Source: an uncultured Acidobacteriota bacterium (GTDB lineage: Bacteria > Acidobacteriota > UBA6911). From it: DNA of 64,000 nucleotides. Positions 1 through 10,282 of the stretch are shown one piece after another. Position 1 is the stretch's first letter; every line of letters begins with the position of its first letter. The stretch spans positions 32,001-96,000 of the forward strand of contig CAWHCF010000052.1 of the NCBI GenBank assembly GCA_963827655.1. The letters are read 5' to 3'. The notes beneath the pieces are model-generated. The model ran no database searches, was not told where the DNA came from, and worked only from the letters and a program-made list of their open reading frames with translations. The position numbers and the translations under genes are program-made.

Positions 1-1
1 C

Positions 2-664
2 GATGTGGTGGAGGCCCTCGGCATTCGAATCGACCTGACTCCAGAATCCGTCGCTCGTTGCATTGACGAGGTCGGAATCGGCTTTCTTTACGCGCCCCTG
101 CTGCACAGCGCGATGCGCTACGTTATGCTGGCGCGCCGGGAGATGAAAATACGGACCATTTTCAACCTGCTGGGTCCCCTCTGCAATCCTGCGTGCGCGA
201 CGGCGCAGGTTCTTGGCGTCTATCACGAGAAACTTACCGAAATGCTCGCGCAAGTGCTACTCGAACTGGGTACCCGCCGCGCCTTTGTCGTCCATGGTTC
301 GGATGGCCTCGACGAGATTACAATTACCGGCGAATCCAAGCTCTCCGAAGTCCGCGATGGTGACGTGCGGACTTACTATGTGGCGCCCGAAGATTTCGGT
401 TTACCCCGGGCGTCGATGCACGATATTCAGGGAGGCGACGCGCGGCGCAACGCCGAAATCATTCGAGAGATCCTTTCCGGAACCGAAAACGCCAGAAGCA
501 ATATCGTACTCTTGAACGCAGCCGCGGCCCTGGCCGCCGGAGGAAAAGCAAAATCGCTGCGCGAAGGAATCGACCAGGCGCGAACCTCCATTCATTCAGG
601 TCATGCGCTCTCGCGTCTCGATCAACTCATTGACTTTTCGCAGAAGATTGAAGCCCACCGCTAA
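2..664 (+). CDS. trpD: anthranilate phosphoribosyltransferase (5' partial)
   Basis: RTIFNLLGPLCNP, VVHGSDGLDEI, VLLNAAAAL motifs; runs off the window start. Confidence 0.95.
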   Translation, partial: DVVEALGIRIDLTPESVARCIDEVGIGFLYAPLLHSAMRYVMLARREMKIRTIFNLLGPLCNPACATAQVLGVYHEKLTEMLAQVLLELGTRRAFVVHGSDGLDEITITGESKLSEVRDGDVRTYYVAPEDFGLPRASMHDIQGGDARRNAEIIREILSGTENARSNIVLLNAAAALAAGGKAKSLREGIDQARTSIHSGHALSRLDQLIDFSQKIEAHR

Positions 665-683
665 GACGCAAAGACAGCTCCGC

Positions 684-1148
684 TCAGTTCCGCTCGACCC
701 TGATGCGACCCGCCGGATTCACCACCACTCGATAAAAGCCGGCCTCGCCTTGTAACACAAAGGTTCCGGCGGGGGCAGCATTGCCCCGGGGAAAGAAACG
801 AAGCGACCGGCCTGGCGAGCCGACAATGCGAACGCGCCCCGGAAAGTACCGAACCGTACTCAGGTATTGCTCGCCATTGCCGGGATCCGCCCAATAGAAA
901 CACCGGCCTTCCTGATCGATCTCAAAAACCAGCGAGGAGTTTGTCGCGACTGCATGCATCCTCCCCCACTGCAAGGATCGCTCCAGGAGCCGTGCGGCTC
1001 CCCAAAGAGTCCATTCACGGTGAAGCCGGTCGAGGCTCGGGACTGCGGCCGCCAGCAAAATGCAAGCCCCGGTCAGGACAATCGCCAGCTCGACGAGCGT
1101 AATTCCGTCGATGGTAGATTTCGGATTGTGGATTGCCGATCGAAACAC
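684..1148 (-). CDS. GspH/FimT-family pseudopilin
   Basis: type IV prepilin-like G|ITLVEL followed by a hydrophobic helix; C-terminal FFPRG..GT..VVVNPAGRIRV; GTG start uncertain. Confidence 0.8.
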   Translation of the reverse strand: MFRSAIHNPKSTIDGITLVELAIVLTGACILLAAAVPSLDRLHREWTLWGAARLLERSLQWGRMHAVATNSSLVFEIDQEGRCFYWADPGNGEQYLSTVRYFPGRVRIVGSPGRSLRFFPRGNAAPAGTFVLQGEAGFYRVVVNPAGRIRVERN

Positions 1149-1313
1149 GGGGCTCGATTTATCTCTGAAAGAACGTCCGGCCTCGCCGGGCTAATGCTGA
1201 AACTTGCCTGTCGCTCGCCCCGATCTCAGCCGAGGCGAACAACACTTCTAACGATCGTCAGCGATTTTGAGCGAAAAAAAATACTGCCCCAGAGCAGAAG
1301 CGCGAAGAAAAGG

Positions 1314-2159
1314 CTAGAATCGTTCTAATAGACGCGCGTGGTACCACCGAACGAAAGAGAGGCCAAAAAAAAGCGAGAAGGCGGCGCCGCCGCCAAGAAG
1401 GGTGCCGAAGGCAAGCTTGGTTTGAAGCGTTCTACCCTTAAAAATAATCAGGAAGATTCCCAGAATGCTCCCCAACAGAGAACCGACAAAAATCGTAAGC
1501 AACGCCATGCGCCAGCCGAGGAAAGCTCCAACCATCGCCATCATCTTTACGTCGCCCAGTCCGAGCCCCGGTTTCTTGCGTACCATTTGGTAGACATAGC
1601 CCGTGATCCAGAGGATTCCGCCTCCCACCAGGGCGCCGAGGAGCGAGCCCGCCCACGGCAACAGAGTCTCAGGATCGACGCCCGGCAATGAAGCAGCGAT
1701 CCCGTACGAGACGGGGTCTTGAAACAGTGCTTCGGACTGAAACGGGCTCAGAAACACTCCGGCCACGATTCCGGGCTTGGTGACCTTATCTGGAAGCACT
1801 TGATGGTCGTAGTCGACAAACACGAGAACGATGAGAAGCGACAGGAACAGAGAGTTTACCAACGTCGGCGGAGTGAATCCCCACACTTCGAGGCAACCCC
1901 AAAAAGCCAGTCCGGTCAGAACCTCAACCAGCGGATAGCGGAACGAGATTGCCGATTTGCAGAAGCGGCACTTCCCTCTGAGAACCAAATAGCTCACGAG
2001 AGGGATATTGTCGTACGGGAGGACGGGTTTCTTGCAGTGGGGACATCGAGATCCCGGCGTGACGATCGATTCTCCCCCTGGGATGCGGTGAATGCAAAGG
2101 TTGAGGAAACTCCCCACGGCGAGGCCCAGGAGAGTGTAGAAGAAGGCAAAGGGGGACAT
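1314..2159 (-). CDS. pilD: prepilin peptidase/N-methyltransferase (A24A)
   Basis: GSFLN..IHRIP, CPHC and CRFC zinc motifs, GLGDVK aspartate motif. Confidence 0.93.
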   Translation of the reverse strand: MSPFAFFYTLLGLAVGSFLNLCIHRIPGGESIVTPGSRCPHCKKPVLPYDNIPLVSYLVLRGKCRFCKSAISFRYPLVEVLTGLAFWGCLEVWGFTPPTLVNSLFLSLLIVLVFVDYDHQVLPDKVTKPGIVAGVFLSPFQSEALFQDPVSYGIAASLPGVDPETLLPWAGSLLGALVGGGILWITGYVYQMVRKKPGLGLGDVKMMAMVGAFLGWRMALLTIFVGSLLGSILGIFLIIFKGRTLQTKLAFGTLLGGGAAFSLFFGLSFVRWYHARLLERF

Positions 2160-2170
2160 CCGGGTTTTTC

Positions 2171-2232
2171 TTGCGTCTTCGCGGCATGGCCGTCAACCGC
2201 CAGGACCGCGAAGACGCAAAGATTCGCCAAGG
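2171..2232. repeat. 9-mer-unit palindromic element
   Basis: perfect 14 bp arms TTGCGTCTTCGCGG (2171-2184) / CCGCGAAGACGCAA (2206-2219). Confidence 0.85.
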
Positions 2233-2240
2233 ATTTCCGC

Positions 2241-3995
2241 CTACTTCAGTACCGGAACCTGTTCCGAACTCGTCTTGGCGATCTCGAAATCGTTGAATTC
2301 AAGCAGGGTGTACATTGCCTTCTGGAGGTCAATCACCGACTTCTTGTAGGCAATGAGGGTCTGCAGCTCTACACCCTGAGCTACGGACAGCTGTCTCTGG
2401 CGGTCCAGCACTCGGAAGTTCTCACTCAGACCAGCCTGAAAACGCTTGGTCTCACCGTCAAGTTGCTGCTCGGCGAAATCGCGCGCGACCTTGGCGGTCT
2501 CGACCCGCTTCTCGTTCGTTTCTATCGACTGGATCGCATTCCGCACGTCGACAATAACCTTCTGCTCAATCCCCTTCCGATTCATCAACATCTGCCGCTT
2601 TTCAATTTTTGACTGAGCCAGCGACGATTCGACTTCCCGGTTCTTCAGAGGAATCTGAACCTTGAATCCAACCGCCCAGTTCATGAACCCACCGGTAAAG
2701 AGCAGCCCGTAAGCGTTTACCGGGCCGCCTATGAAAATGGGATCGATCGTCGCTCTTCCCCTGGTGGATCGGGGAAACGCAGTTGGGCGGTACCGGCAAT
2801 GATCCGTTCGGGCTCGCACCGGGCAAGCCAAGCTTTGAGGACCTGCTACGCCGACAGTTCCAAAAGAACCCACCAGATCGAACATCCATTTCTTCTGGTC
2901 CACATCCAGGTGGTAACTGACCTCATTCTTCTCCAGTTGGGTGGCAAGCTGTTCGAGTTCCGGACGATTCTGCATCGCCGTATCTATAGCTTGATCGAGT
3001 GGAACCTTCGTTTCCTTGAACTCCGGCGATTCGGTCGGAACAATCGTCTGGTGCCATATGTCGGCGTGACGGTCGTTCGAGATCAGGGCGCGCAGGCCGT
3101 TCTGAACCGTAAAGATTCTTTCCTCGGAAGCAATCATCTCCTGTTCGCGGCTGGCGACTTCGGCCCGCGCCTCCGTTATCCCGATGGGAGCGAGAGTGCC
3201 GATCTCGACTTTCTTCTTGTTGTTGTCCAGCTGAATCTGCGCAAGTTTCACCGACTCGCGTTTGATCTCGTAGTCGCGAATGGCGGCAACCAGGTCCCAG
3301 TAAAGGCCCTGGATCTGTGCGACAGTGTCGGTGACCTTCTGCTTGAACTGGCTGTCGTTAATCTTCAGGTCCAGGTTGACCAGCTTGATGTTGGAGCGGA
3401 TCTCGTCGGTGCGTCGATTCCTCCAAAGCGGTTGAGTCGACCGAATCGTGAGGGCGCATTGTACTGCGGGTTAAACAGGGCGAACGCCTGGTTTGTATTG
3501 AGCCCGTCCGGAATTCCAATCTACCTGGAAGCCTCCCCCGGTAGGGATGTTCTGCAGAAACGAGAAATTCCAGTAAAACCGATCGAACTGGTTGAAGTTC
3601 GAACCCGCCGCAGCGTGTTGTCCAACCTGGTATTGGGAGACTGGCTCGACGTTAACGCCGAAACCCACATTCAATGCCGGGTCGTATCGTCCATGAGACC
3701 CGATTACCTTCTGTCGGTACATCTCCTCATTCGTATCCGATATCGCTATATCCAGATTATTCTGAAGGGCAAGTTTCGTCAGGTCCCTGAGTGAAAGGCG
3801 AAGGGCGGTTCCTTTCTTTTCGGCCTGCTCGATCGGACTCAGGGGCACGCTTTGCTCCTGAGCCGGTTCCTGGGTCGCCGGCCGAGCGGGTTCCTGAGCC
3901 ACCGCCGGCAGCGAAGCCGAAAAGAACAGGCACAGAATCAACATCGCCGCTGTTTGGGACACAGCGTGACGCCCATAAGGGGAACGATTCGTCAT
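2241..3995 (-). CDS. TolC-family outer membrane efflux protein (frameshifts near 3505 and 3455)
   Basis: signal peptide, LSLRDL..ALQNNLDI, YWDLV, AMQNRPEL, RFQAGLS repeats; ORFs 3471..4052 and 2241..3251 join through short frame changes. Confidence 0.8.
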
Positions 3996-4310
3996 AAAAA
4001 ACTCCTTGCAAAAACCTAGGGTAATTCGTTTTAGCGCGCCAAATGAGGTCAAGACACAATACGACGCCGGTACTTCAAATGTTTCATAAACAACGAGCAG
4101 ATTTTTCGATCTCGAATTGCGGGGTTGCGAACCTGAAATCCCAAAGCGAGTGGGCTGCCAAACACACCGAAGCCAACAGCAATCTATTTTCTGGAACTCA
4201 ACAGAAGAACGCGAACCAATCGCGAACGACCGACCAGCTACTCCCGAATCTGGATCGGTTGAACCGGCGCGGACGCGTTCGCCCGATCCAGAATCCGCAA
4301 TACGAAATCG

Positions 4311-5381
4311 TCAAGGCTGCGACGGAGGAGCAGGATCGCCAGGGCGCTTCAGCGTAGGCCGGCTCTTTTTAGGATCGGGACCTTCTCCACCATCATCGGG
4401 TTCAGCTGGATCGGTTGGGCTCCCATCAGTATTGGTACGCCGCTTCAGGGTAGGTTTCTTCTGATCAACAGCCGTGCTTGCGACTCCCTCGCCCTTCTGA
4501 GCATTGTCGATGGCCAGCAGCCGCGCCTTCACTCGATCGAATTCGGACGTGTTCATGACATAGTTGTCCTTCTCGGGAAGGAAGCGCTGCTCATCCATGG
4601 CAAAAGCGATGCGATCGAGCGTGTACGGATGCGTTCTAAAAAAGCCTGCCATCCTGCCGGGCTTGCTCTTCTCCTGCTCTTGAAGTTTCTCGAAGAACGA
4701 GATGAATGCATTGGGATCGTAGTCCGAATTCCAGAGGTACTGAATGCCGAGCTGATCGGCCTCTCTCTCCGATTCGCGCGTAATACCGAGCAGTTCCAGA
4801 TTGATGCCCAGTCCGAGCGCGTTCTGCATCGCGACCTGCGTCCAGTATCCGCCGATGAAAAGGGCCGGGATCGCAGCGATCTGAAGAATCTGCGCCTTCG
4901 ACATACGCTCCGTGGCGTGTCTCGCGGCAACATGCGAAATCTCATGGGCCATGACGCCTGCCAGCTCCGCCTCGTTCTCGGCTGCCAGGATCAGTCCCTT
5001 GTTCACGTAGAAGTAGCCGCCGGGAAAGGCGAAGGCATTGACCTCGTCCGTGTCGACAACCTTGATGTGAAACGGAACCTTCGCGTCTGAGTGTTTGACG
5101 ATGTTCTGTCCAACTCGATCGATGTATTCCGAGATCACGGGGTCCTCAACCAGCCGCGCGGTCTGTTCGAACTGGGCGGCTACCTGAGCTCCGAGAGCAA
5201 TCTCTTTCTCGAGCGACACAAAGTTGGGGAATATGGCCCAGACCTTACCCGTGATACTGCGGTTGCCAATGTTTTCCACATCTGAGTGCCGTCGGTCGGC
5301 GGCATAGGTTGGGAAAGCAGTAACCACGACCATCAAGGCCGCGAGCCCCTTCACAACTGCTCTTTTACCCACCAGCTTCAT
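4311..5381 (-). CDS. M48 family zinc metallopeptidase (BepA/YfgC-like)
   Basis: NAFAFPGG, ELAGVMAHEISH, EREAD, RTHP motifs; signal peptide. Confidence 0.9.
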   Translation of the reverse strand: MKLVGKRAVVKGLAALMVVVTAFPTYAADRRHSDVENIGNRSITGKVWAIFPNFVSLEKEIALGAQVAAQFEQTARLVEDPVISEYIDRVGQNIVKHSDAKVPFHIKVVDTDEVNAFAFPGGYFYVNKGLILAAENEAELAGVMAHEISHVAARHATERMSKAQILQIAAIPALFIGGYWTQVAMQNALGLGINLELLGITRESEREADQLGIQYLWNSDYDPNAFISFFEKLQEQEKSKPGRMAGFFRTHPYTLDRIAFAMDEQRFLPEKDNYVMNTSEFDRVKARLLAIDNAQKGEGVASTAVDQKKPTLKRRTNTDGSPTDPAEPDDGGEGPDPKKSRPTLKRPGDPAPPSQP

Positions 5382-5504
5382 AGAACCTCCAACCAGGAGA
5401 GTTGTTTTGCCGCCCGATGCCCGCTAATCTCAGTAAGCGAACAGTTTCGAAATCCACCGATTCAAAGGCCTTAGATGCCTCGACACGGAGAAAGTCTCAT
5501 TGCA

Positions 5505-5533
5505 ATATTAGGCCCGTCCCGGAATAGTGTCAA
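5505..5533 (-). promoter_or_regulatory. sigma70-type promoter for the M48 peptidase gene
   Basis: TTGACA-17 bp-TAATAT on the minus strand. Confidence 0.6.
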
Positions 5534-5688
5534 CTAATAGAACTGTTTATCTTGGGTTTTTGGGTTGTGATTGTCCAGGGTCATACAATCCGCCGGAATA
5601 ATAACGATAGAACTGTTACTTTGGGTTCTGGGTTCCGATTGTCCATGGTCACTCAATCCGCAATCTGCAATCCGCAATCCGCAATCGA
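5519..5688 (+). repeat. imperfect ~70 bp tandem duplication followed by a (CAATCCG)x5 heptamer array
   Basis: CGGAATA..ATAGAACTGTT..TTGGGTT.TGGGTT..GATTGTCCA.GGTCA..CAATCCGC occurs at 5519-5593 and 5594-5661; heptamers at 5654-5688. Confidence 0.8.
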
Positions 5689-5697
5689 AAGGTTCTC

Positions 5698-7287
5698 ATG
5701 AAGATTCTGACGGCACAGCAGATGGGCGAGGTGGACCGGCGCAGCTGGGAACTTTACCGCATCCCTACGCTACTCCTGATGGAGAACGCGGGGCGCGCGG
5801 TAGCCGATGAACTTGAAAAGGCGCTGTCCAGACTGCCCGGCAAATCGGTCTATGTCTTCTGCGGCAAGGGAAATAATGGCGGCGACGGCCTGGTGGCAGC
5901 GCGATACCTGGCGCTGAGAGGTGGCCGTCCGGAGGTATTCATGTTCTGCGACCCCGCCAACCTGAAAGGGGACGCCCTGGCAAACTGGGAGATGGTCCGC
6001 TCCCTCGACCTCAAGACCGTAATTCTCCCAAGGGCCACGGATGTCTCGGCACAGCTCAAGAAGCTGAAATCTCCGGACGTGATCATCGACGCGCTCTTTG
6101 GCACGGGTCTCTCGAAGCCGATCGGCGCGGACTACCGGCGCCTGATCGACTGGGTGAACAAATCGGAGCCTGTATCCTTTATCGTCTCCGTCGACATACC
6201 GTCCGGGCTTTTTTCCGATTCCTCTGCGGTTCCGGGGCCCGCGGTCAAAGCGCATCTCACCGTCACTTTCACGGCGCTCAAGCCTGCTCTCCTCCTGCCG
6301 CCGGCTGCGGATCGCGCCGGAAGAGTCGTAGTCGCCCCGATCGGCTCCCCCTCCACGCTGCTGCAGAATCCCGAGTATCGAATGAATCTGATCGATGCGC
6401 ACCAGGCTCGAGGCGCGCTCCCTCCGCGCGCACGGGATAGCCACAAGGGAAGTTTTGGGCACGTGTTCGTGGTCGCGGGTTCGCGCGGAAAAAGCGGCGC
6501 TGCCCTGATGACCGGCCTTGCGGCATTACGCTCCGGAGCCGGGCTGGTCACCCTGTTTCTTCCCGGCAGCCTCCAGAAGGACGTAGTCGGGAAGGTTCCC
6601 GAACTCATGACGGAATCCATCCCGGAGACCCCGGAGGGAACGGCCCATGCGTCGGCGGCGGAGGTGCTTCTTAAACGGGCGGCGGAGGCGAACGTCCTGG
6701 CCGTCGGGCCTGGAATGACCACCAACCGTTCGACCCAGGAACTCATTCGTACCCTGGTTCAACAATCTCCGATTCCCGTGGTTCTTGACGCCGACGGTAT
6801 CAACGCCTTTGCGGGGAAACACGAGAACCTGCGTAACCGGAACGGACAGCCCGTAGTAATCACCCCTCACCCCGGTGAGATGGCGCGCCTTCTAAAAACG
6901 ACCATAGCGCGCGTGCAAGCCGATCGGATTGAAACCGCGCGAGCGTGTTCCCAAACATCCGGAGCATTTTCGATTCTGAAGGGGTTTCAGACCGTTGTGG
7001 CGACCCCGACGGGGCAGATATTTATTAACAACACGGGAAATCCCGGCATGGCTACCGCGGGAAGTGGCGACATTCTGGCCGGAATACTGGCGCGTTTCGT
7101 CGCCGGCTGGAGTCGCCGTTTCGGCGGCGCAGATTTGATGGCGCTGGCGGACCACGTTTCAGCCGCGGTTTACCTTCATGGAGTAGCCGGAGACCTGGCA
7201 GCGGAGCAGAAGGGAGTCGAGTCGATGATTGCGACGGATCTTCTTGCCCATCTTCCTGAGGCGTTCAAGAGGGTGGTTTCGGAATGA
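5698..7287 (+). CDS. nnr: bifunctional NAD(P)H-hydrate epimerase/dehydratase (YjeF)
   Basis: LMENAG, GKGNNGGDG, DALFGTG, HKGSFG, LDADG, TPHPGEM, GSGDILAG. Confidence 0.95.
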   Translation: MKILTAQQMGEVDRRSWELYRIPTLLLMENAGRAVADELEKALSRLPGKSVYVFCGKGNNGGDGLVAARYLALRGGRPEVFMFCDPANLKGDALANWEMVRSLDLKTVILPRATDVSAQLKKLKSPDVIIDALFGTGLSKPIGADYRRLIDWVNKSEPVSFIVSVDIPSGLFSDSSAVPGPAVKAHLTVTFTALKPALLLPPAADRAGRVVVAPIGSPSTLLQNPEYRMNLIDAHQARGALPPRARDSHKGSFGHVFVVAGSRGKSGAALMTGLAALRSGAGLVTLFLPGSLQKDVVGKVPELMTESIPETPEGTAHASAAEVLLKRAAEANVLAVGPGMTTNRSTQELIRTLVQQSPIPVVLDADGINAFAGKHENLRNRNGQPVVITPHPGEMARLLKTTIARVQADRIETARACSQTSGAFSILKGFQTVVATPTGQIFINNTGNPGMATAGSGDILAGILARFVAGWSRRFGGADLMALADHVSAAVYLHGVAGDLAAEQKGVESMIATDLLAHLPEAFKRVVSE

Positions 7288-7829
7288 AGAGACAGCCAAG
7301 AAGGGCGGAGTCCGAATCACGCACCTCCCCCATTCTCATCAGCCGTTCTCCGGAGGAAACCCACAATCTTGGCTTTCAAATCGCTCAGGATTTGCCGGTT
7401 CCTGGTATAGTATTGCTCCGAGGTTCGCTGGGTACGGGAAAAACGACGCTGGCTCGCGGAATCGCCTGCGGTCTCGGTCTCGACGATCCGACGGCCGTCA
7501 GCAGCCCTTCCTTCACCCTGGTCAATACCTATCAGGGACGCTGCCCGATCTACCACGTGGATTTGTTTCGGGTACAAAGTGAGAGGGACCTCGAAACTGT
7601 TGGAATAAGCGAATTCCTGGGGGAAAGGGGCGTCACTATTGTTGAATGGGGCGAGCGCATAACGTTCCCTTTACGCAACGATGTGGTCATCGAGATCGAG
7701 GATGCCGGCGGGGATACCCGTCACCTCAGGATCCATAAGGCAGGTTCGGAAAGACGAAATAGAAAGAAATCGTCCCGGGATGCGTCCAAGAATCGTGCGC
7801 GTTCCAGGCACGGGAGGCGAACACTATGA
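7284..7829 (+). CDS. tsaE: tRNA threonylcarbamoyladenosine biosynthesis ATPase TsaE
   Basis: GSLGTGKTT, SPSFTL, HVDLFR, IVEWG; follows nnr. Confidence 0.93.
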   Translation: MKRQPRRAESESRTSPILISRSPEETHNLGFQIAQDLPVPGIVLLRGSLGTGKTTLARGIACGLGLDDPTAVSSPSFTLVNTYQGRCPIYHVDLFRVQSERDLETVGISEFLGERGVTIVEWGERITFPLRNDVVIEIEDAGGDTRHLRIHKAGSERRNRKKSSRDASKNRARSRHGRRTL

Positions 7830-8734
7830 AACGGCCACTGTCAGGGATCTTCCCACCCATCACGACTCCCTTCGATGCCGACGGCGAGATACAAGTCGAT
7901 CGTTTCAAGGCTAATCTCGAGCGATGGTCTGAGTTTGGCCTGGCGGGCTTGACCGTTCTCGGATCCAACGGAGAAAGTCCTTTCTTGTCGGATGACGAAA
8001 AGCTGCTCCTGGTGCGAGAGGCGCGCCCCCTGATCGGCCAGAACAAGATCATGATCGTAGGGGCGGGCAGGGAAGCCACTCGGGCAAGCGTACAGTTCAT
8101 ACGCAAGATTGCAGACCTGGGAGCCGATTACGCCCTGGTAGGCACTCCGTGCTATTTCAAGTCGAGCATGACGGATGAGGCTCTGTTCGCTCATTTCTGG
8201 AGCATTGCCGACAGGTCCCCGATTCCCGTCCTGATCTACAACGTGCCGCAGTTCACAGGCGTAAACACCAGCGCCGGCCTGATCGAACGACTTTCCAAAC
8301 ATGAATCTATTGCGGGCATCAAGGAGAGTTCCGGAAATCTTGTGCTGCAAGCCGACATCCGGCGCCGCACGCCGGAACGCTTCCAGCTTCTGGTAGGCTC
8401 TGCGGCGACTCTGCTGCCAAGCTTGATTCAAGGAGCGAGCGGGGGAGTGGTGGCGATTGCCTGCGCCCTTCCTGGACCGACCGTTGATCTCCACCGCGCC
8501 TTTGATGCGGGCGACTGGAAAAGAGCCGCCGAATTGCAGCGACTCTTGATTCCTCTTGCAACCGCGGTTACAACCCAGTATGGAATCGCGGGGTTGAAAG
8601 CCGCCATGGATCTGGCCGGTTTCTATGGTGGAGAGCCGCGGGCGCCGCTGCTTCCCCTCGGTCAATCAGAGCGAGCCGCTTTGAAGTCGATTTTCCAGGC
8701 GGCCGGCGTGCTGGAAGTCGCCCAGCATGTCTAG
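7826..8734 (+). CDS. dihydrodipicolinate synthase-family aldolase (GSNGE type, HOGA-like)
   Basis: TPF, GSNGE, IYNVPQFTG, GIKESSG Schiff-base lysine. Confidence 0.85.
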   Translation: MKRPLSGIFPPITTPFDADGEIQVDRFKANLERWSEFGLAGLTVLGSNGESPFLSDDEKLLLVREARPLIGQNKIMIVGAGREATRASVQFIRKIADLGADYALVGTPCYFKSSMTDEALFAHFWSIADRSPIPVLIYNVPQFTGVNTSAGLIERLSKHESIAGIKESSGNLVLQADIRRRTPERFQLLVGSAATLLPSLIQGASGGVVAIACALPGPTVDLHRAFDAGDWKRAAELQRLLIPLATAVTTQYGIAGLKAAMDLAGFYGGEPRAPLLPLGQSERAALKSIFQAAGVLEVAQHV

Positions 8735-8755
8735 GCAGTTCGCCAAGCTGAATAC

Positions 8756-10279
8756 TTGAGAGTTCAAAATCTTCCTGGGTTTTCTAAGCTCCTAGCCGAT
8801 TATCTGGATCAGAGTCCGTCCATCCGCGCCTTCTTTCCTTGTCCTCTCAGCCGGGAATCACTCGTTTCCCACGCGGCCGAGATTCGTGCCCGAGCCTACC
8901 CGCGCGAAGAGATCTGCAAAGCGCTCGAAGATCAGGCAACCGAGTTTCGCAGCGGACCGAAGACGCGGGAGAATATCGCCCGGCTGCGAAGACGCGACAG
9001 CGTGGCCGTGGTCACGACGGCCTTTCCGGCATTATTTGGAGGGACCCTATCGGATTATCTGCAATGTCTCACCACCATCCGACTCGCCGATGCTCTGGAC
9101 CGGCAGGGTATTTCGGCAGTTCCCGTATTCTGGATCCGCCCCGAAACGACCCCGTCTGATCAGATCAGCTCGGTCCGATTGACCGAGGGAACGTGGCGCC
9201 TGGCCCTGGAAGGCGCTTCGAACGGGAACACTTCAGTCCCCCCGCAGATCAGCGGCCTGCTGGCCAGGCTCCGTGAGCTTGGTTCCGACAGAACCGAAGC
9301 CGGAGCCGAACTCCATGAGCTGCTCAGTGACGCGTATACTCCGGGGGTTCCCTTGTCGGTTGCGTTCGGACGCCTGTTGTCCGCTCTTATGGAGCGGTGG
9401 GGTCCGGTCCTGGTGGATCCGCGGAAAGCCGGGTTCGAGTCTCTGCACTTTCCGGTTTTGGACCGCTTTCAGCTAAACGCGAGGGAGATCGAATCTATCC
9501 TCGATTCCCGGCACGAACAAATATCTCGAGCAGGGTATTCGGTCGAGTGCCGCGGTTCCGATAATCAATCCTCGCTGGTTCGCAACCATGCCAGGTCCGG
9601 CTCCGACGACACCCATCAGCCGGAGAAGCCTGAGGAAAAGCTGGTCTTCAGTGGCGCCTTGCCCCCTATTCTCCAGCACTGGCTTCTCCCGGCCGTGGCA
9701 AGCGTAGCCGGGACGGACGAGCTGGATTGCCTTGCCGAGGCGATGCCCCTGTTTGATTATTTCGGACTGCAACCGCCGGTCGTCTGGCCCCGCGTCAGCG
9801 CGACAATCATGGACACGCGCACCAGAAAGATTCTGGAAAAATACCAGCTGCGTTTCGAGGACCTTTTCCACGGGCCTGAAGCGCTGCTGCAACAACTCCT
9901 GGACCGGAAGCTCAACCCCGATACGGTCGAGCGCTTCGACAGGCTCCGCGCCGAGGTGGAGAAGCGTCTGGGCGCGGTCGTGGCTGCCTTGCCGCCCGAG
10001 GACAAGAGCCTGAGCCCGGTCGTAGACACATCGCGCTCCAAGATCCTGTACCAGCTGGGAAAGCTCCAGGAAAGATTCGAAGCGGCGAGAACCCTGCGCA
10101 AGGAGGCCATGACCCGGCACCTGGATCGCCTGTGCAAGTCTCTGGCACCCGAGCGGCAGCTTCAGGAAAACATCGCGGGTGTGGAGTTCCTGCTTCGCTA
10201 CTCGCGCAGTCTTCTGACGGAACTATACGAAAAGATCGATGTGTGGAATCAAGAACACCAGATTGTCTCTATTGACTGA
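8756..10279 (+). CDS. bshC: BshC-like protein (bacillithiol cysteine-adding enzyme family), divergent
   Basis: SKLLADYL N-terminus, AVVT..LFGG, VPVFW, LLP..A.VAG..E, WPRVSAT, C-terminal coiled coil and P...LQE; adjacent to bshB1. Confidence 0.7.
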   Translation: MRVQNLPGFSKLLADYLDQSPSIRAFFPCPLSRESLVSHAAEIRARAYPREEICKALEDQATEFRSGPKTRENIARLRRRDSVAVVTTAFPALFGGTLSDYLQCLTTIRLADALDRQGISAVPVFWIRPETTPSDQISSVRLTEGTWRLALEGASNGNTSVPPQISGLLARLRELGSDRTEAGAELHELLSDAYTPGVPLSVAFGRLLSALMERWGPVLVDPRKAGFESLHFPVLDRFQLNAREIESILDSRHEQISRAGYSVECRGSDNQSSLVRNHARSGSDDTHQPEKPEEKLVFSGALPPILQHWLLPAVASVAGTDELDCLAEAMPLFDYFGLQPPVVWPRVSATIMDTRTRKILEKYQLRFEDLFHGPEALLQQLLDRKLNPDTVERFDRLRAEVEKRLGAVVAALPPEDKSLSPVVDTSRSKILYQLGKLQERFEAARTLRKEAMTRHLDRLCKSLAPERQLQENIAGVEFLLRYSRSLLTELYEKIDVWNQEHQIVSID

Positions 10280-10282
10280 GCC

